Below are positions 50,544 through 60,339 of a DNA stretch of 64,000 bases, one piece after another. The notes under the pieces were generated by a model. That model worked only from the letters and a program-made list of their open reading frames with translations, was not told the origin of the DNA and did not search any database. How positions within the stretch are numbered: the first letter of the stretch is position 1; every line of letters begins with the position of its first letter. Both the position numbers and the translations under genes were made by a program. Source of the stretch: Oligoflexia bacterium. GTDB taxonomy: Bacteria; Bdellovibrionota; UBA1018. The DNA lies in the NCBI GenBank assembly GCA_963758495.1, contig CAVWVI010000004.1, positions 320,001 to 384,000 on the forward strand. The letters are read 5' to 3'.

Positions 50544-51156
50544 AGAAAAAATCCGCGAATGGCTGAGTTCATTTAAGGATTTTCTGAGTGAACAGGAATG
50601 GTTTCAACAACTCAAGGGCAAATGGGAAGAGCTTGACCCACAGAGCCGTAATTACCTTAAATTAGCCAGCTTCGGATCAGCGATTCTCCTCATCACACTT
50701 CTCATGTTTACCTTCATTTGGAGTGTGCATAGTCTGAAAACAGAACTTTCAGAAAAAAAAGCATTATTGACTAGCATTCAAAATGCCAACGAAGAAATAC
50801 GCCAGTTAAAGGAAACTATTCCAAGCACAACGCTTCAAAGTGGAAGTAAAACCGATGGTGTGACTTGGAATTCTTATTTTGATACTATTGCAATCACCTC
50901 TGGAATTGATAAATCCAATTTAACGATCTCTGCAGAAAAACCAGGAAATTCAAGTGAACAATCTAAGGAAACGTTGTTTGATATTGGCGTTAAACATGTA
51001 AATATCAAACAAATTGTCCATTATATGGTTTCATTAGAAAATGGGCAAAGACCGGTAAAAATAAGAAATCTCCTGATCGATAATAAAGGGGAGCCAACCG
51101 GATACTTAGATGCAAATTTAGCGATATCCGGGTTTACCCTGGTGGAGCAAAAATGA
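50533..51156 (+). CDS. gspM: Type II secretion protein M
   Basis: W..L..R motif before a single TM; position in the cluster. Start corrected to 50533. Confidence 0.7.
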   Translation: MLSKEKIREWLSSFKDFLSEQEWFQQLKGKWEELDPQSRNYLKLASFGSAILLITLLMFTFIWSVHSLKTELSEKKALLTSIQNANEEIRQLKETIPSTTLQSGSKTDGVTWNSYFDTIAITSGIDKSNLTISAEKPGNSSEQSKETLFDIGVKHVNIKQIVHYMVSLENGQRPVKIRNLLIDNKGEPTGYLDANLAISGFTLVEQK

Positions 51157-52112
51157 CTACTGAACCTATAGAAAACACTGTGGACTTAATCGAAACCCCT
51201 TCTCCATCACGTGCAAAAACCATTTTAAAAAATCTGGCTTGGACGGGATTTGCCATTTTATGTTTGATCCTGTTTACTCTTTTTAAGTTGCCTGATGATC
51301 GCCTCAAAAGTCTTATTGATAGTCAAATTTCCTCAGCACTTTCTCAAAGAGGAATCACCTATACTGCCTCAGATACGAAGCTTTCCTTTTTTTTAGGTGT
51401 AACTTATACTTTGAAAAATGTGACTCTCAATTTTCCAACTCCAACGCCAGCAGGACATCTTGATAAACTTCAAGTCTCACCTTCCCTCATTGCCTATCTT
51501 TTGGGTAAAGTGGGTGGCACATTTAAAATCTCTACCTCTCATGGAAGTTTGGATGGCTCTTTTTCAACAAAGGGGTCGCGCTTCTCTGCATCATTTAATT
51601 CGAAAAAGTTTGATCTATCAAATATAGCATTATTCCCAATGATGGCAGATGTGCAAGGTACTGGAATATTAGATGGAACCGCCTCAGTATCCGGTGACTT
51701 TTCTATTCCTAACACCCTCCAGGGAAATCTCAATATCCAACTGAATAAAGTTATTATTGATCCTCAACTCATAGATGGATTTTCAATCCCACAAGTCAAT
51801 CTCTCCGAAGCACTCGCTGAGGTCACTTTTGACAAAGGAAAAGCGATTCTCAAAACGATTCGATTTGGCAAACAGGGAAATCCCGCTGATGATATTCAAG
51901 GATCAATTACCGGCGATCTTCTGTTGGGCAAAATATGGGACTCCAGTAATTTAAATCTGAAAGCCCGTTTTTCGATTTCAGAGAATATTAAAAAATCATT
52001 CGTTTTACTGGATACTTTACTGGGAGCAGGAAAGCTAGCTGACGGAAGTTATTCCTTCAGTCTCACGGGCCCACTCTCCTCCCCAAACTCAACTCCATTG
52101 GGAGCAGGTTAA
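51153..52112 (+). CDS. gspN: Type II secretion protein N
   Basis: N-terminal TM, beta-rich body and C-terminal LTGPLSSP; position in the cluster. Confidence 0.75.
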   Translation: MTTEPIENTVDLIETPSPSRAKTILKNLAWTGFAILCLILFTLFKLPDDRLKSLIDSQISSALSQRGITYTASDTKLSFFLGVTYTLKNVTLNFPTPTPAGHLDKLQVSPSLIAYLLGKVGGTFKISTSHGSLDGSFSTKGSRFSASFNSKKFDLSNIALFPMMADVQGTGILDGTASVSGDFSIPNTLQGNLNIQLNKVIIDPQLIDGFSIPQVNLSEALAEVTFDKGKAILKTIRFGKQGNPADDIQGSITGDLLLGKIWDSSNLNLKARFSISENIKKSFVLLDTLLGAGKLADGSYSFSLTGPLSSPNSTPLGAG

Positions 52113-52113
52113 A

Positions 52114-53082
52114 ATGTCTTTAAAACTCATCTGGATTACAGACCCTTGGAATACACTCGACCATCCTTTGGATACTTCGCTCAGACTCATTCAGGAGGCA
52201 AGCGAGCTTGGAGTTCCTCAATTTTGGTGTGACGTTAAGACGATTCGATTAGAAAATTTTCAAGTTTTATTGGATGCAAGTCCCATTACATCCATTAGCC
52301 CTAAAAGAGACCTGAATTCTTTTAGGCGAGGTCCATTACAAGTTCATTCACCTTGTCATTTTGATTGTCTGAACTATCGTACTGACCCCCCCATCGATCA
52401 AGCTTACTTACATCCCCTCCAACTTCTATCGTTAGGGCTTCAAAACGAACGAAATCATGAGGTAGTCAATCCCCTTGAAGTTTTATTTTCTCTCAATGAG
52501 AAAATAGAAGCTGCTGCTTTAGGAAATCTCATGCCGGCCAGTCTTGTAAGCAGCCAATGGGAACGGCTCTTAAGCTTTGGAAAATGCCAGGAAAGAACGG
52601 TTTTAAAACCACTTCATCAAGCTCAGAGTCAGGGCATTGAGCTTCTCGATTGGAGAAGTGCGGGTACAATTGAAGACGCCAAATCAAAGTTAGAAATAGC
52701 CACTTCAAATTTTAATTACCCTATTATGCTTCAGAAATATCTAGAGGGTATTATTGAGGGTGAAGTTCGGCTCTGGTTTTTGGATGGAAACCTCTTAGCT
52801 TACGCTAAGAAACTTCCTGTTACGGGCGACTTTCGAGTCAACATCGACCGAGGAAGCCAGCTTGCCCTCCATACACTTTCTGAAAATGAAAAATCAGTCG
52901 TCGATCAGGTTGCCAAACATTTAAAATTAAGGAAAATCCGCTTGGCAGCAGTGGACCTCATTGAGGGCTTAATTACTGATTTTAATTTCACTAGTCCAGG
53001 CCTAATCACCCAAATGGAAGATCTCTTATCTGAGAATTTAGCACGGCCGATCATTCGAGCATTGACCCAGAAAAGCACTTAG
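52114..53082 (+). CDS. Glutathione synthetase-like ATP-grasp ligase (divergent)
   Basis: DTS, RTDPP, NEK, VLKPL, QKYL, DFRVN and FNFTSP. Confidence 0.75.
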   Translation: MSLKLIWITDPWNTLDHPLDTSLRLIQEASELGVPQFWCDVKTIRLENFQVLLDASPITSISPKRDLNSFRRGPLQVHSPCHFDCLNYRTDPPIDQAYLHPLQLLSLGLQNERNHEVVNPLEVLFSLNEKIEAAALGNLMPASLVSSQWERLLSFGKCQERTVLKPLHQAQSQGIELLDWRSAGTIEDAKSKLEIATSNFNYPIMLQKYLEGIIEGEVRLWFLDGNLLAYAKKLPVTGDFRVNIDRGSQLALHTLSENEKSVVDQVAKHLKLRKIRLAAVDLIEGLITDFNFTSPGLITQMEDLLSENLARPIIRALTQKST

Positions 53083-53120
53083 TACTTGCGACCTGAGCAG
53101 ATCTCTGGGATTTATGGACA

Positions 53121-54356
53121 ATGGCTCATAAGCAGAGATCTTCCCTTTTTATTATTTTTACTACGGTATTAATCGATTTAATTGGATTCGGCATGGTTAT
53201 TCCTCTGATTGGACTTTACGGCCGGCATTACGGAGCAGAAGGCCTAGAGCTACCGATTTTAGGGGGGATTTACTCTTTAATGCAATTTATATTTGCCCCG
53301 TTGTGGGGTAGTATTTCAGACCGTATTGGTCGCAGACCCGTTCTACTCGTGTCCCTTGCTGGCTCCACACTCTCTTATGCAATTTTTGGATTGGCCCCTA
53401 ATTATACATGGCTTTTGATTGCACGCGCTTTTGGAGGAATTTTCGCAGCTAATATTTCTACGGCTCAAGCCTATATTGCAGATATAACGACTACGGCAGA
53501 TCGTGCTAAAGGGATGGGTCTCATTGGGGCTGCCTTTGGGATTGGCTTCACGCTAGGACCTCCCTTGGGTGGTATCGCCTCAGCTAAATTAGGACTTTGG
53601 GGACCTGGGTTGATTGCGGCTATGATTTGTGGACTCAATTTTATTTTAGCGGTATTTCGTTTGCCCGAATCCCTCCCCAGTGAGTTCCGACATAAAAACC
53701 CGGATCGCTCTTTATCTCCTCTTAATTTAAAAAAGCTAATTCAATCTATGAAGCATCGAGAGCTAGGCTTTCTTCTTCTCACTTTCTTTTTTGTGACCTT
53801 TGCATTTTCTACGATGGAACAAACCTTTTCCCTCCTATTTCAAACAAAATTTAACTTTGAAACAGGAGAGGCTGGACTTAAAACGGGATTAGTATTGATG
53901 GTCGCAGGAATTTTGGGGGCCGTGATCCAGGGAGGACTGATACGACAACTCGTACCTCGATTTGGTGAACGGAGACTTTTATTGATAGGGCTTTTTTTTA
54001 ACACGGTCACTATGGGCGTTTTTCCCTTCAGCCCTACTTACGCCCTCTATTTTTTCATTTCTATTCCTCTTGCCTTAGGGTCTGGCCTGATTAATCCCAC
54101 CTTATCTGCTTTGATTTCTAAAAGCGTGGGTGCACGAGAACAAGGAGTCACGATGGGACTCTCTCAAGGACTAGGAAGTCTAGCTCGTGCTCTCGGACCT
54201 TTCTGTGGGTTATTAACATTTGCTGTCAAGCCTCAATTGCCCTATTTAATAGCAAGTTCGATCTCCATCGGTCTGCTGATATTATGCACAAGAGTTTTTA
54301 GCACTCGACACACCTCTTCTGACCGGATAGGTGAAAACCTCCAAACTGAATCATAA
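53121..54356 (+). CDS. MFS transporter, TetA/DHA1-like
   Basis: Motif A GSISDRIGRRP, AYIAD and motif C GFTLGPPLGG. Confidence 0.92.
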   Translation: MAHKQRSSLFIIFTTVLIDLIGFGMVIPLIGLYGRHYGAEGLELPILGGIYSLMQFIFAPLWGSISDRIGRRPVLLVSLAGSTLSYAIFGLAPNYTWLLIARAFGGIFAANISTAQAYIADITTTADRAKGMGLIGAAFGIGFTLGPPLGGIASAKLGLWGPGLIAAMICGLNFILAVFRLPESLPSEFRHKNPDRSLSPLNLKKLIQSMKHRELGFLLLTFFFVTFAFSTMEQTFSLLFQTKFNFETGEAGLKTGLVLMVAGILGAVIQGGLIRQLVPRFGERRLLLIGLFFNTVTMGVFPFSPTYALYFFISIPLALGSGLINPTLSALISKSVGAREQGVTMGLSQGLGSLARALGPFCGLLTFAVKPQLPYLIASSISIGLLILCTRVFSTRHTSSDRIGENLQTES

Positions 54357-54370
54357 CGGAAATCTCAATT

Positions 54371-55444
54371 ATGCTTCCACGAGTTCTCATCTTATACACC
54401 GGCGGAACTTTCGGGATGGACCTTCATCCAAACCCGAGGACTCATCTAAAAAGCATCCAAAAAAATAGAGTGACACTCGCAGTTCCCAATCTTTCTCCAC
54501 CTCTTCTAAGAAAACGACTTCTCGATCAAGTACCTGAACTCCAACGCATTGCAAAATGTGATGTAGATGTTCTTTTAAATCGAGATAGTGCCCATATTGG
54601 ACCCAAGGAATGGTTACTTTTTTCAAAAAAAATTCAGCATGATTGGGATCGCTATGATGGATTTGTTCTTCTTCACGGAACAGATACACTCGCCTATACC
54701 GCAAGTGCGCTGTCTTTCTTATTACGACCCTGTTTAAAACCCGTAGTACTCACAGGAGCGCAAAGACCTTTATCAGCATTACGTACGGATGCTCGTACAA
54801 ATCTCATTTCGGCAGTGGAGATCGCAGCTCATGGCCCTAGAAAAATAGTGAATCAGGTCACTGTCTTTTTTGGCGATAAACTTTTTCAAGGCAACCGAGT
54901 GAGGAAGATCAGCGCGAATGATTTTGCCGCATTTGTCAGTCCTCATTGCTCTCCGCTTGCCATCGTGGGTACCACCATTCGATACTCTGATTTTTCTTCA
55001 AAAACTTCGTCCCGCCGAGTTCAGAAATACAAACCCAGGTTTAGCGAACGGATCATGGTGGCTCACGTCACTCCCGCTTTTCCCTCAAAAAGTATTTCAA
55101 AAGCCTTACTTCCCTATCTTGATGGACTTGTTTTGATTGTTTTTCACTCAGGCACAGCCCCCACTCACGACCCTGCATTTCGAGATTTTCTTCGTGCTGC
55201 TCAGGACAAAAAGCTCCCCATCACGATAGCCACCGAGGGAAGCACTCAACCCCCTATTACCCAGGCCCAAGCCATGCACTATGCTGCTGGGTCAGAACTC
55301 ATTTCTCATGGAGCTTTATGGGCAGGGTCTATGACCCCCGAGTGCACATTTGTAAAAACTTCTTTTCTATTGGCACAGTCTCCCGACTTAAAAACATTTT
55401 CTCGTCTTTGGAAAAATGAATTTGCAGGCGAAGGCAGCCGCTAA
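54371..55444 (+). CDS. ansA: L-asparaginase type I
   Basis: YTGGTFGM, HGTDTLAY, TGAQ and RVRK. Confidence 0.88.
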   Translation: MLPRVLILYTGGTFGMDLHPNPRTHLKSIQKNRVTLAVPNLSPPLLRKRLLDQVPELQRIAKCDVDVLLNRDSAHIGPKEWLLFSKKIQHDWDRYDGFVLLHGTDTLAYTASALSFLLRPCLKPVVLTGAQRPLSALRTDARTNLISAVEIAAHGPRKIVNQVTVFFGDKLFQGNRVRKISANDFAAFVSPHCSPLAIVGTTIRYSDFSSKTSSRRVQKYKPRFSERIMVAHVTPAFPSKSISKALLPYLDGLVLIVFHSGTAPTHDPAFRDFLRAAQDKKLPITIATEGSTQPPITQAQAMHYAAGSELISHGALWAGSMTPECTFVKTSFLLAQSPDLKTFSRLWKNEFAGEGSR

Positions 55445-55468
55445 AAGCGGTTCCTTGCTTTAGGGTTG

Positions 55469-56056
55469 TTAACAAGCACTGTAGGTATGCGCTAAAGAAA
55501 TGAGCCAGGAATCTACTTTGAGCAGTTTGAACTTACAATGCCACACATTCCCTTGAGAACTTGGGGGAAGCTGAATTTTCCCAGTTCTTGTTTTCTCATC
55601 CCAAGACCGAACGAGATATTGCGGCAAATAAGTACGATGATTTTGAGGATTGGATTTAAATGCCGCTTCTTTAATTACCCAAAACTCCAAAACACTTAAT
55701 CTTATTTTTTGCTCTGAGGCAGAAATCAATCGAGACCCGAGTTTTGCATGAACCTTCCTCTGCTCACTCTCCAAATCTACGCCTATATTTTGGTCACTCC
55801 CAATCACAATCATCCAATTTCCATCCTGAGTATGAGTATGAGAGAGACTCGTAATCACAGAAGCCTCACTCAAGCCTTGGTTCACTAACTTCTCGCGAAC
55901 TCTTGACTCAAGTTGTCGAGACTGACTCCGCTCAGACAGTCTCCTTGCTTCATGACTCTCTTTTACTTCTAATGCTTTTCGAAACAAGAGTGAGGATGTC
56001 CGCCCTCTTAAGAGACTTCTCAACTCTTCATTTATTTTCTTTTCGATGAGTTCCAT
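55469..56056 (-). CDS. 4'-phosphopantetheinyl transferase superfamily protein
   Basis: SLSHT, IGVDLE and FWVIKEAAFK. Confidence 0.8.
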   Translation of the reverse strand: MELIEKKINEELRSLLRGRTSSLLFRKALEVKESHEARRLSERSQSRQLESRVREKLVNQGLSEASVITSLSHTHTQDGNWMIVIGSDQNIGVDLESEQRKVHAKLGSRLISASEQKIRLSVLEFWVIKEAAFKSNPQNHRTYLPQYLVRSWDEKTRTGKIQLPPSSQGNVWHCKFKLLKVDSWLISLAHTYSAC

Positions 56057-56475
56057 TTAATTTTTACATCCCTCTCCCTGAAAAAATAGGTGATGACTCA
56101 AGTTTCTGACATAGGCTAGCATTAAAATTGCAGGTTTTAGCATATTTTAAATGAAGCCAAACTTTAAGTGAGGAAAAAAGTTTTTATAAATCGAACAGCA
56201 TCAAAAACATTCTATTAATCACCATCAAGCAATCTGAAAGAAAGGAAACGAGTTCTGCATAAAGAAAAGCTTAACATAAAAAAAGGGGCAGATTTTTCAC
56301 AAACTTTTCAATCGAATCAGGATGCTGCACATATCGAGGGGAAGGCACAACTGATTTGGACATTGATTGTAGCGATCACTATTGCATTAGTCACTTTGCA
56401 ACAATACTTGCAAATCACATGATAAACTAAGAGCGCTGGTTGAGAAAAAGGGAAACTCATGCGATGTATAACAGC

Positions 56476-56913
56476 ATGAGCAAATCCTATTGGTTACTCA
56501 AAACCGAGCCTAGTACCTATAGTTTTCAGCAACTCCTCAAAGATAAACGAACTCACTGGAATGGTGTTCGAAATTTCCAAGCCCGGAATTATTTAAAAAC
56601 CTTTGCCAAAGGGGATATTGCTTTCATCTATCACAGTGGTGATGAAAGAGCAGTAGTAGGAATAGCGAAGGTAGTCGCGAACCCTTACCCAGATCCCGAC
56701 CCAAAAAAACCAGGAGAATGGGTGCAAGTGGATTTAGAACCGACTCAGGCCTTAAAGCAACCGATTAGTCTTGCTGAAATTAAAGCTCATCCTGACTTAA
56801 TTGATGTCCCTCTCATCAAACAATCTCGTCTGTCTGTCCTGCCCATCACTGCCCATCATTATGAAACCATTCTAAAATTAAGCCGATCCCGAGAAAAGAA
56901 GTTTGAGCCATGA
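56476..56913 (+). CDS. EVE domain protein
   Basis: YWLLKTEP, WNGVRNFQARN, FIYHS and QSRLSV. The start is uncertain (56464 is possible). Confidence 0.92.
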   Translation: MSKSYWLLKTEPSTYSFQQLLKDKRTHWNGVRNFQARNYLKTFAKGDIAFIYHSGDERAVVGIAKVVANPYPDPDPKKPGEWVQVDLEPTQALKQPISLAEIKAHPDLIDVPLIKQSRLSVLPITAHHYETILKLSRSREKKFEP

Positions 56914-57407
56914 ATTGGGAACCCTTTTACGTCGCACAAACGGGTAAAAAACCAGATGCAATTCGCCCCTTGAACACTTTCGATGGAATGGGCGATCGAC
57001 TTCGATGCGCTGCTTTTGCAGAAATTCAGGCTCGAGAAGCCTTTCTCTGGGCAGCCTCTCACTTTAGAGACACCTCTGAAGAACTCAAAAGAGCGTGGAC
57101 CACTCTTGCACATGCAGAACAACGCCATCTTGACTGGCTTCTCGCAAGAATGACTACACTCAAAATCGACGTCAAAGCGAGATGCGTCTCGGATCAACTT
57201 TGGGTCTCACTCATCTCGTGCACCTCTGCACGTGAGTTTGCCCTCTACATGGCGAGTGCGGAAGAAAGAGGACGCAAAGCAGGAATTCGATTTCATGAGG
57301 CTCTTCGCAGCACCGACTCGATTACCGCTGACATTTTTGGCAAAATTGCCGAAGAAGAGATCTCACATATTGCTCTAGCCCACCGGTATTTTCCAGCAGG
57401 CGTGTGA
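56910..57407 (+). CDS. Ferritin-like di-iron protein (DUF455-like)
   Basis: E, EQRH, EE and EEISH carboxylate/His pattern; ATGA overlap with the EVE gene. Confidence 0.7.
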   Translation: MNWEPFYVAQTGKKPDAIRPLNTFDGMGDRLRCAAFAEIQAREAFLWAASHFRDTSEELKRAWTTLAHAEQRHLDWLLARMTTLKIDVKARCVSDQLWVSLISCTSAREFALYMASAEERGRKAGIRFHEALRSTDSITADIFGKIAEEEISHIALAHRYFPAGV

Positions 57408-57498
57408 TTTGCATTCATTTTCGACGTGGAACAGGGTTCCATACCGTGGCCCGGAGGTTTAACAGGTTCGCCCTTTGGGCCACATTTAGATTGATTGA

Positions 57499-57945
57499 CT
57501 ACTTTCCTGAACTCCCAAATCCTTTCAAACCACGCTGAGTTTCATCCAAGGATGTAACCTCTACAACTGCGGGTGTCGCCACAGGAAAAATCAAAAGTTG
57601 AGCTATTCTTTCTCCACGGTGAAGTTGAATCGGGTCTGCAGATAGATTCCAGAGTAAAATATGAATTTCTCCCCGATACCCTGCATCGATAATTCCGCCA
57701 GCAGTCTTGACCCCTCTTTTAGCCAAAGAGGATCGATCAGCCACCAAACCCACATGACCTGCTGGGAGTGCTAAGGCAATCCCTGTTTTTGCAGTCTTGC
57801 CTTGCCCTGGAATTAAAAGAATATCCTCAAGACCGTAAAGATCTAATCCGGCATCATCTGGATGGGCACGGGTAGGCAATACAGCATCGGGAGAGACTCG
57901 TAGTATATCTATAGATTTTGCGTTATTGTCCTGTGTTAACTTCAT
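57499..57945 (-). CDS. dut: dUTP diphosphatase
   Basis: AGLDL, RSSLA, GIIDAGYRGEI, RIAQ and RGLKGFGSSG. Confidence 0.96.
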   Translation of the reverse strand: MKLTQDNNAKSIDILRVSPDAVLPTRAHPDDAGLDLYGLEDILLIPGQGKTAKTGIALALPAGHVGLVADRSSLAKRGVKTAGGIIDAGYRGEIHILLWNLSADPIQLHRGERIAQLLIFPVATPAVVEVTSLDETQRGLKGFGSSGK

Positions 57946-58665
57946 ATGACATTATCTCCTAAAAAAATAAAAGTCCCACGTGCGGTTCTCTTTGATTACG
58001 ATGGGGTGCTTGTAGCGAGTGAATCTACCCATTTATTGGCTTGGATGCAACTTCTGACAACGCTTGGCCTCCCCAATGACCGAGAAACTGTGGAAAAGGG
58101 TGTCGGAAAAACTGCTCCCATCATTCTCACAGAACTTTTAAATCGTTATAAACCCGACTGGAAAGCAGCGGATTACGACGTCCATGCATTAGCCCAACAA
58201 AAGAACAACTATTATCTCTCTTATGCTCAAAACCAACTTCAAGTTTATCCAGGAGTAAAAGAAGGACTTCAATGGCTTAAGTCAAAAAAGATACCGATGG
58301 CGGTAGTTTCAAATGGCCGCAGACGGGAAATAGACGCCACCATGAAGCAGCTCGGATTATTCGACTTTTTCGATCAAATTATATCCAGAGATGATGTGAA
58401 TGCGCATAAACCTGATCCGACTCCTTATCTCTTTGCAGCAGCTTCTCTGCATGTTGAACCCCATGAGTGCATTGCTATTGAGGATTCTCCGACTGGGTTA
58501 GAAGCTGCACTTTTTGCAAAAATACCGGTTGCGGCAGTTATGACCAACTTTTCAAAAATGGAATTGACCCATCCCGTGCCGGGACGCCCCGACTTAAGCC
58601 CAGTGTGGCTCGGACATTCGATTCAGGATTTTTTTGAATGGTTGAAGAGCATTCATTTTAAATGA
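57946..58665 (+). CDS. HAD-family phosphatase (beta-PGM/CbbY-like)
   Basis: FDYDGVL, VSN, KPDP and IEDS. Confidence 0.9.
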   Translation: MTLSPKKIKVPRAVLFDYDGVLVASESTHLLAWMQLLTTLGLPNDRETVEKGVGKTAPIILTELLNRYKPDWKAADYDVHALAQQKNNYYLSYAQNQLQVYPGVKEGLQWLKSKKIPMAVVSNGRRREIDATMKQLGLFDFFDQIISRDDVNAHKPDPTPYLFAAASLHVEPHECIAIEDSPTGLEAALFAKIPVAAVMTNFSKMELTHPVPGRPDLSPVWLGHSIQDFFEWLKSIHFK

Positions 58666-58705
58666 GGGATTATTTCAGCCGGTATCGAGTACCCCGCCCG
58701 GCACC

Positions 58706-58788
58706 TTATCCAAAAAAATATCCAATATTATCCATTAAATCAATAATTACTGACAAAAATGGGTAATATTGGATATTATTTTGGATAA
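58706..58788. repeat. 31-bp inverted repeat built of TATCCA submotifs
   Basis: 58706-58736 versus 58758-58788, 29/31 match, 21-nt spacer. Confidence 0.85.
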
Positions 58789-58875
58789 ACTGTCAGACTT
58801 GGACATGGTCTCAATTAATAGTAAGCACTAAAGGAAGTACTTACATGGATAGGTGTTTATACCTAATCTAAACTA

Positions 58876-60204
58876 TCAACTTAAAGAGGCGCCCAGCAAA
58901 TTCTTCAAATGAGAGATCATTTCACCTTCAGAAAGCTCAATTTCCTCTCCCGATTTAAAATCTTTGAGTTTAAAAACCTTGGATGACCATTCGCTTTCGC
59001 CGATAATCAAAACCCAACGGTATCCTGCATCGGAAGCGAATTTGAATTGGTTTTTAATTTTTGCACGATCTGGAAACACATCGACGTTGACTCCGGTGTT
59101 TCTCAATTCCTTTGCCAAGCCCGATAGAGCACCCCGAAGAGACTCATCAAATACAGGAATGAAAAGAGTCTTCGAATCCATTTGAGATTGAAGCTCATTT
59201 TCAGCCAATAAAAGAACCAGTCGTTCAAATCCTATACTAAAACCACAGGCAGGGACCTCTTGACTACTGAAGCGCCCCACTAATTTATCGTAGCGCCCCC
59301 CACCCCCAAATGAATATCCAGCGGAACTGTGGCGAAGCTCAAATACAGGGCCAGTGTAATATCCCATGCCTCGAACCAAAGAAGGATCGAAAACAATTTG
59401 AGATAATGGAAGATCAAGACTCTGAAGAGTGGAGATAATCGTTTTGAGATCTGCAGCAGCAGAAGGGTGAAACTCCATAGCCGAATCTAAGGTTAAATTT
59501 CCATTCACAATCGCCACTAAATCTGAAGAAATTTCATGCCCAGCAAGTGCAGCCAATTGCTCAATCAATTCTTTCGAATCGATTTTATCTTTCTTGTCGA
59601 GAATTACGGCAAACTGATCCAGCTTTCCCTCTGAAAATCCAAATTTCTCACCGAGTGCTTGAATCAATCTTCGGTCATTGATTCTCAATTCAAAGCCACT
59701 GGCTCCGACTTTTTGAACGGCAGTAACCACTGCTTGAATCACTTCAATCTCAGCCCCTATCCCTTTAGCTCCGATCACATCCACATCACATTGAATAAAC
59801 TCACGAAACCGACCCTTTTGTGGCCTCTCCGCTCTCCAAACCGGTCCAATGTGAAAAACTTTCCATGGAAATTGGATCTGCCCTCGATGCAAAGCAACGA
59901 CTCGCGACAAAGGAAGCGTCAGATCAAATCGCAATCCAAATTCCGCGATTTGATTTTCATCTTGAGTTCGAAGAGCTTCTTCTAGCTTTCCGCCTCGCTT
60001 TAAAATTTTAAATATCAGCTTCTCATTCTCATCTCCGCCCCCACTCCCGAGGAGTACATCTAGATTTTCAACCACAGGGGTTTCCAAAGGCATGAAACCA
60101 AAGGATTCATAGACGTTCGAAATGAGATTGATTAATTTAAGACGCCGGCGGGCATCATGATTGATAAAGTCTCTAAAACCAGAAGGTGCATTTAAAGAAG
60201 CCAT
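58876..60204 (-). CDS. hisS: Histidine--tRNA ligase
   Basis: LRFDLT, WRAERPQKGRFREFIQCD, RGMGYYTG, GGGRYD and GFSIGFER. Confidence 0.97.
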   Translation of the reverse strand: MASLNAPSGFRDFINHDARRRLKLINLISNVYESFGFMPLETPVVENLDVLLGSGGGDENEKLIFKILKRGGKLEEALRTQDENQIAEFGLRFDLTLPLSRVVALHRGQIQFPWKVFHIGPVWRAERPQKGRFREFIQCDVDVIGAKGIGAEIEVIQAVVTAVQKVGASGFELRINDRRLIQALGEKFGFSEGKLDQFAVILDKKDKIDSKELIEQLAALAGHEISSDLVAIVNGNLTLDSAMEFHPSAAADLKTIISTLQSLDLPLSQIVFDPSLVRGMGYYTGPVFELRHSSAGYSFGGGGRYDKLVGRFSSQEVPACGFSIGFERLVLLLAENELQSQMDSKTLFIPVFDESLRGALSGLAKELRNTGVNVDVFPDRAKIKNQFKFASDAGYRWVLIIGESEWSSKVFKLKDFKSGEEIELSEGEMISHLKNLLGASLS

Positions 60205-60339
60205 TTGACGCGAACATTACTTCAAAACGAGGACCTAATGCAACTGTCGTTCATAATCCAAGACAGCTTAATTGACATTTTCTTCAGTTTTGATACCTCT
60301 TGAGAAACGAGATTTATCGATAAAATAAGGAGATTCGGC

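Noticed and set aside
38395..52112. Type IV pilus operon
   Set aside because: GspC with PDZ, GspG, GspK and GspN features and the absence of PilT indicate a T2SS.
56219..56422. Open frame ending in a hydrophobic helix (LIWTLIVAITIALVTL)
   Set aside because: No convincing start codon; it could be a relic but is unsupported.
58706..58788. Replication origin
   Set aside because: Only mismatched DnaA-like boxes, and no dnaA, dnaN or gidA context.
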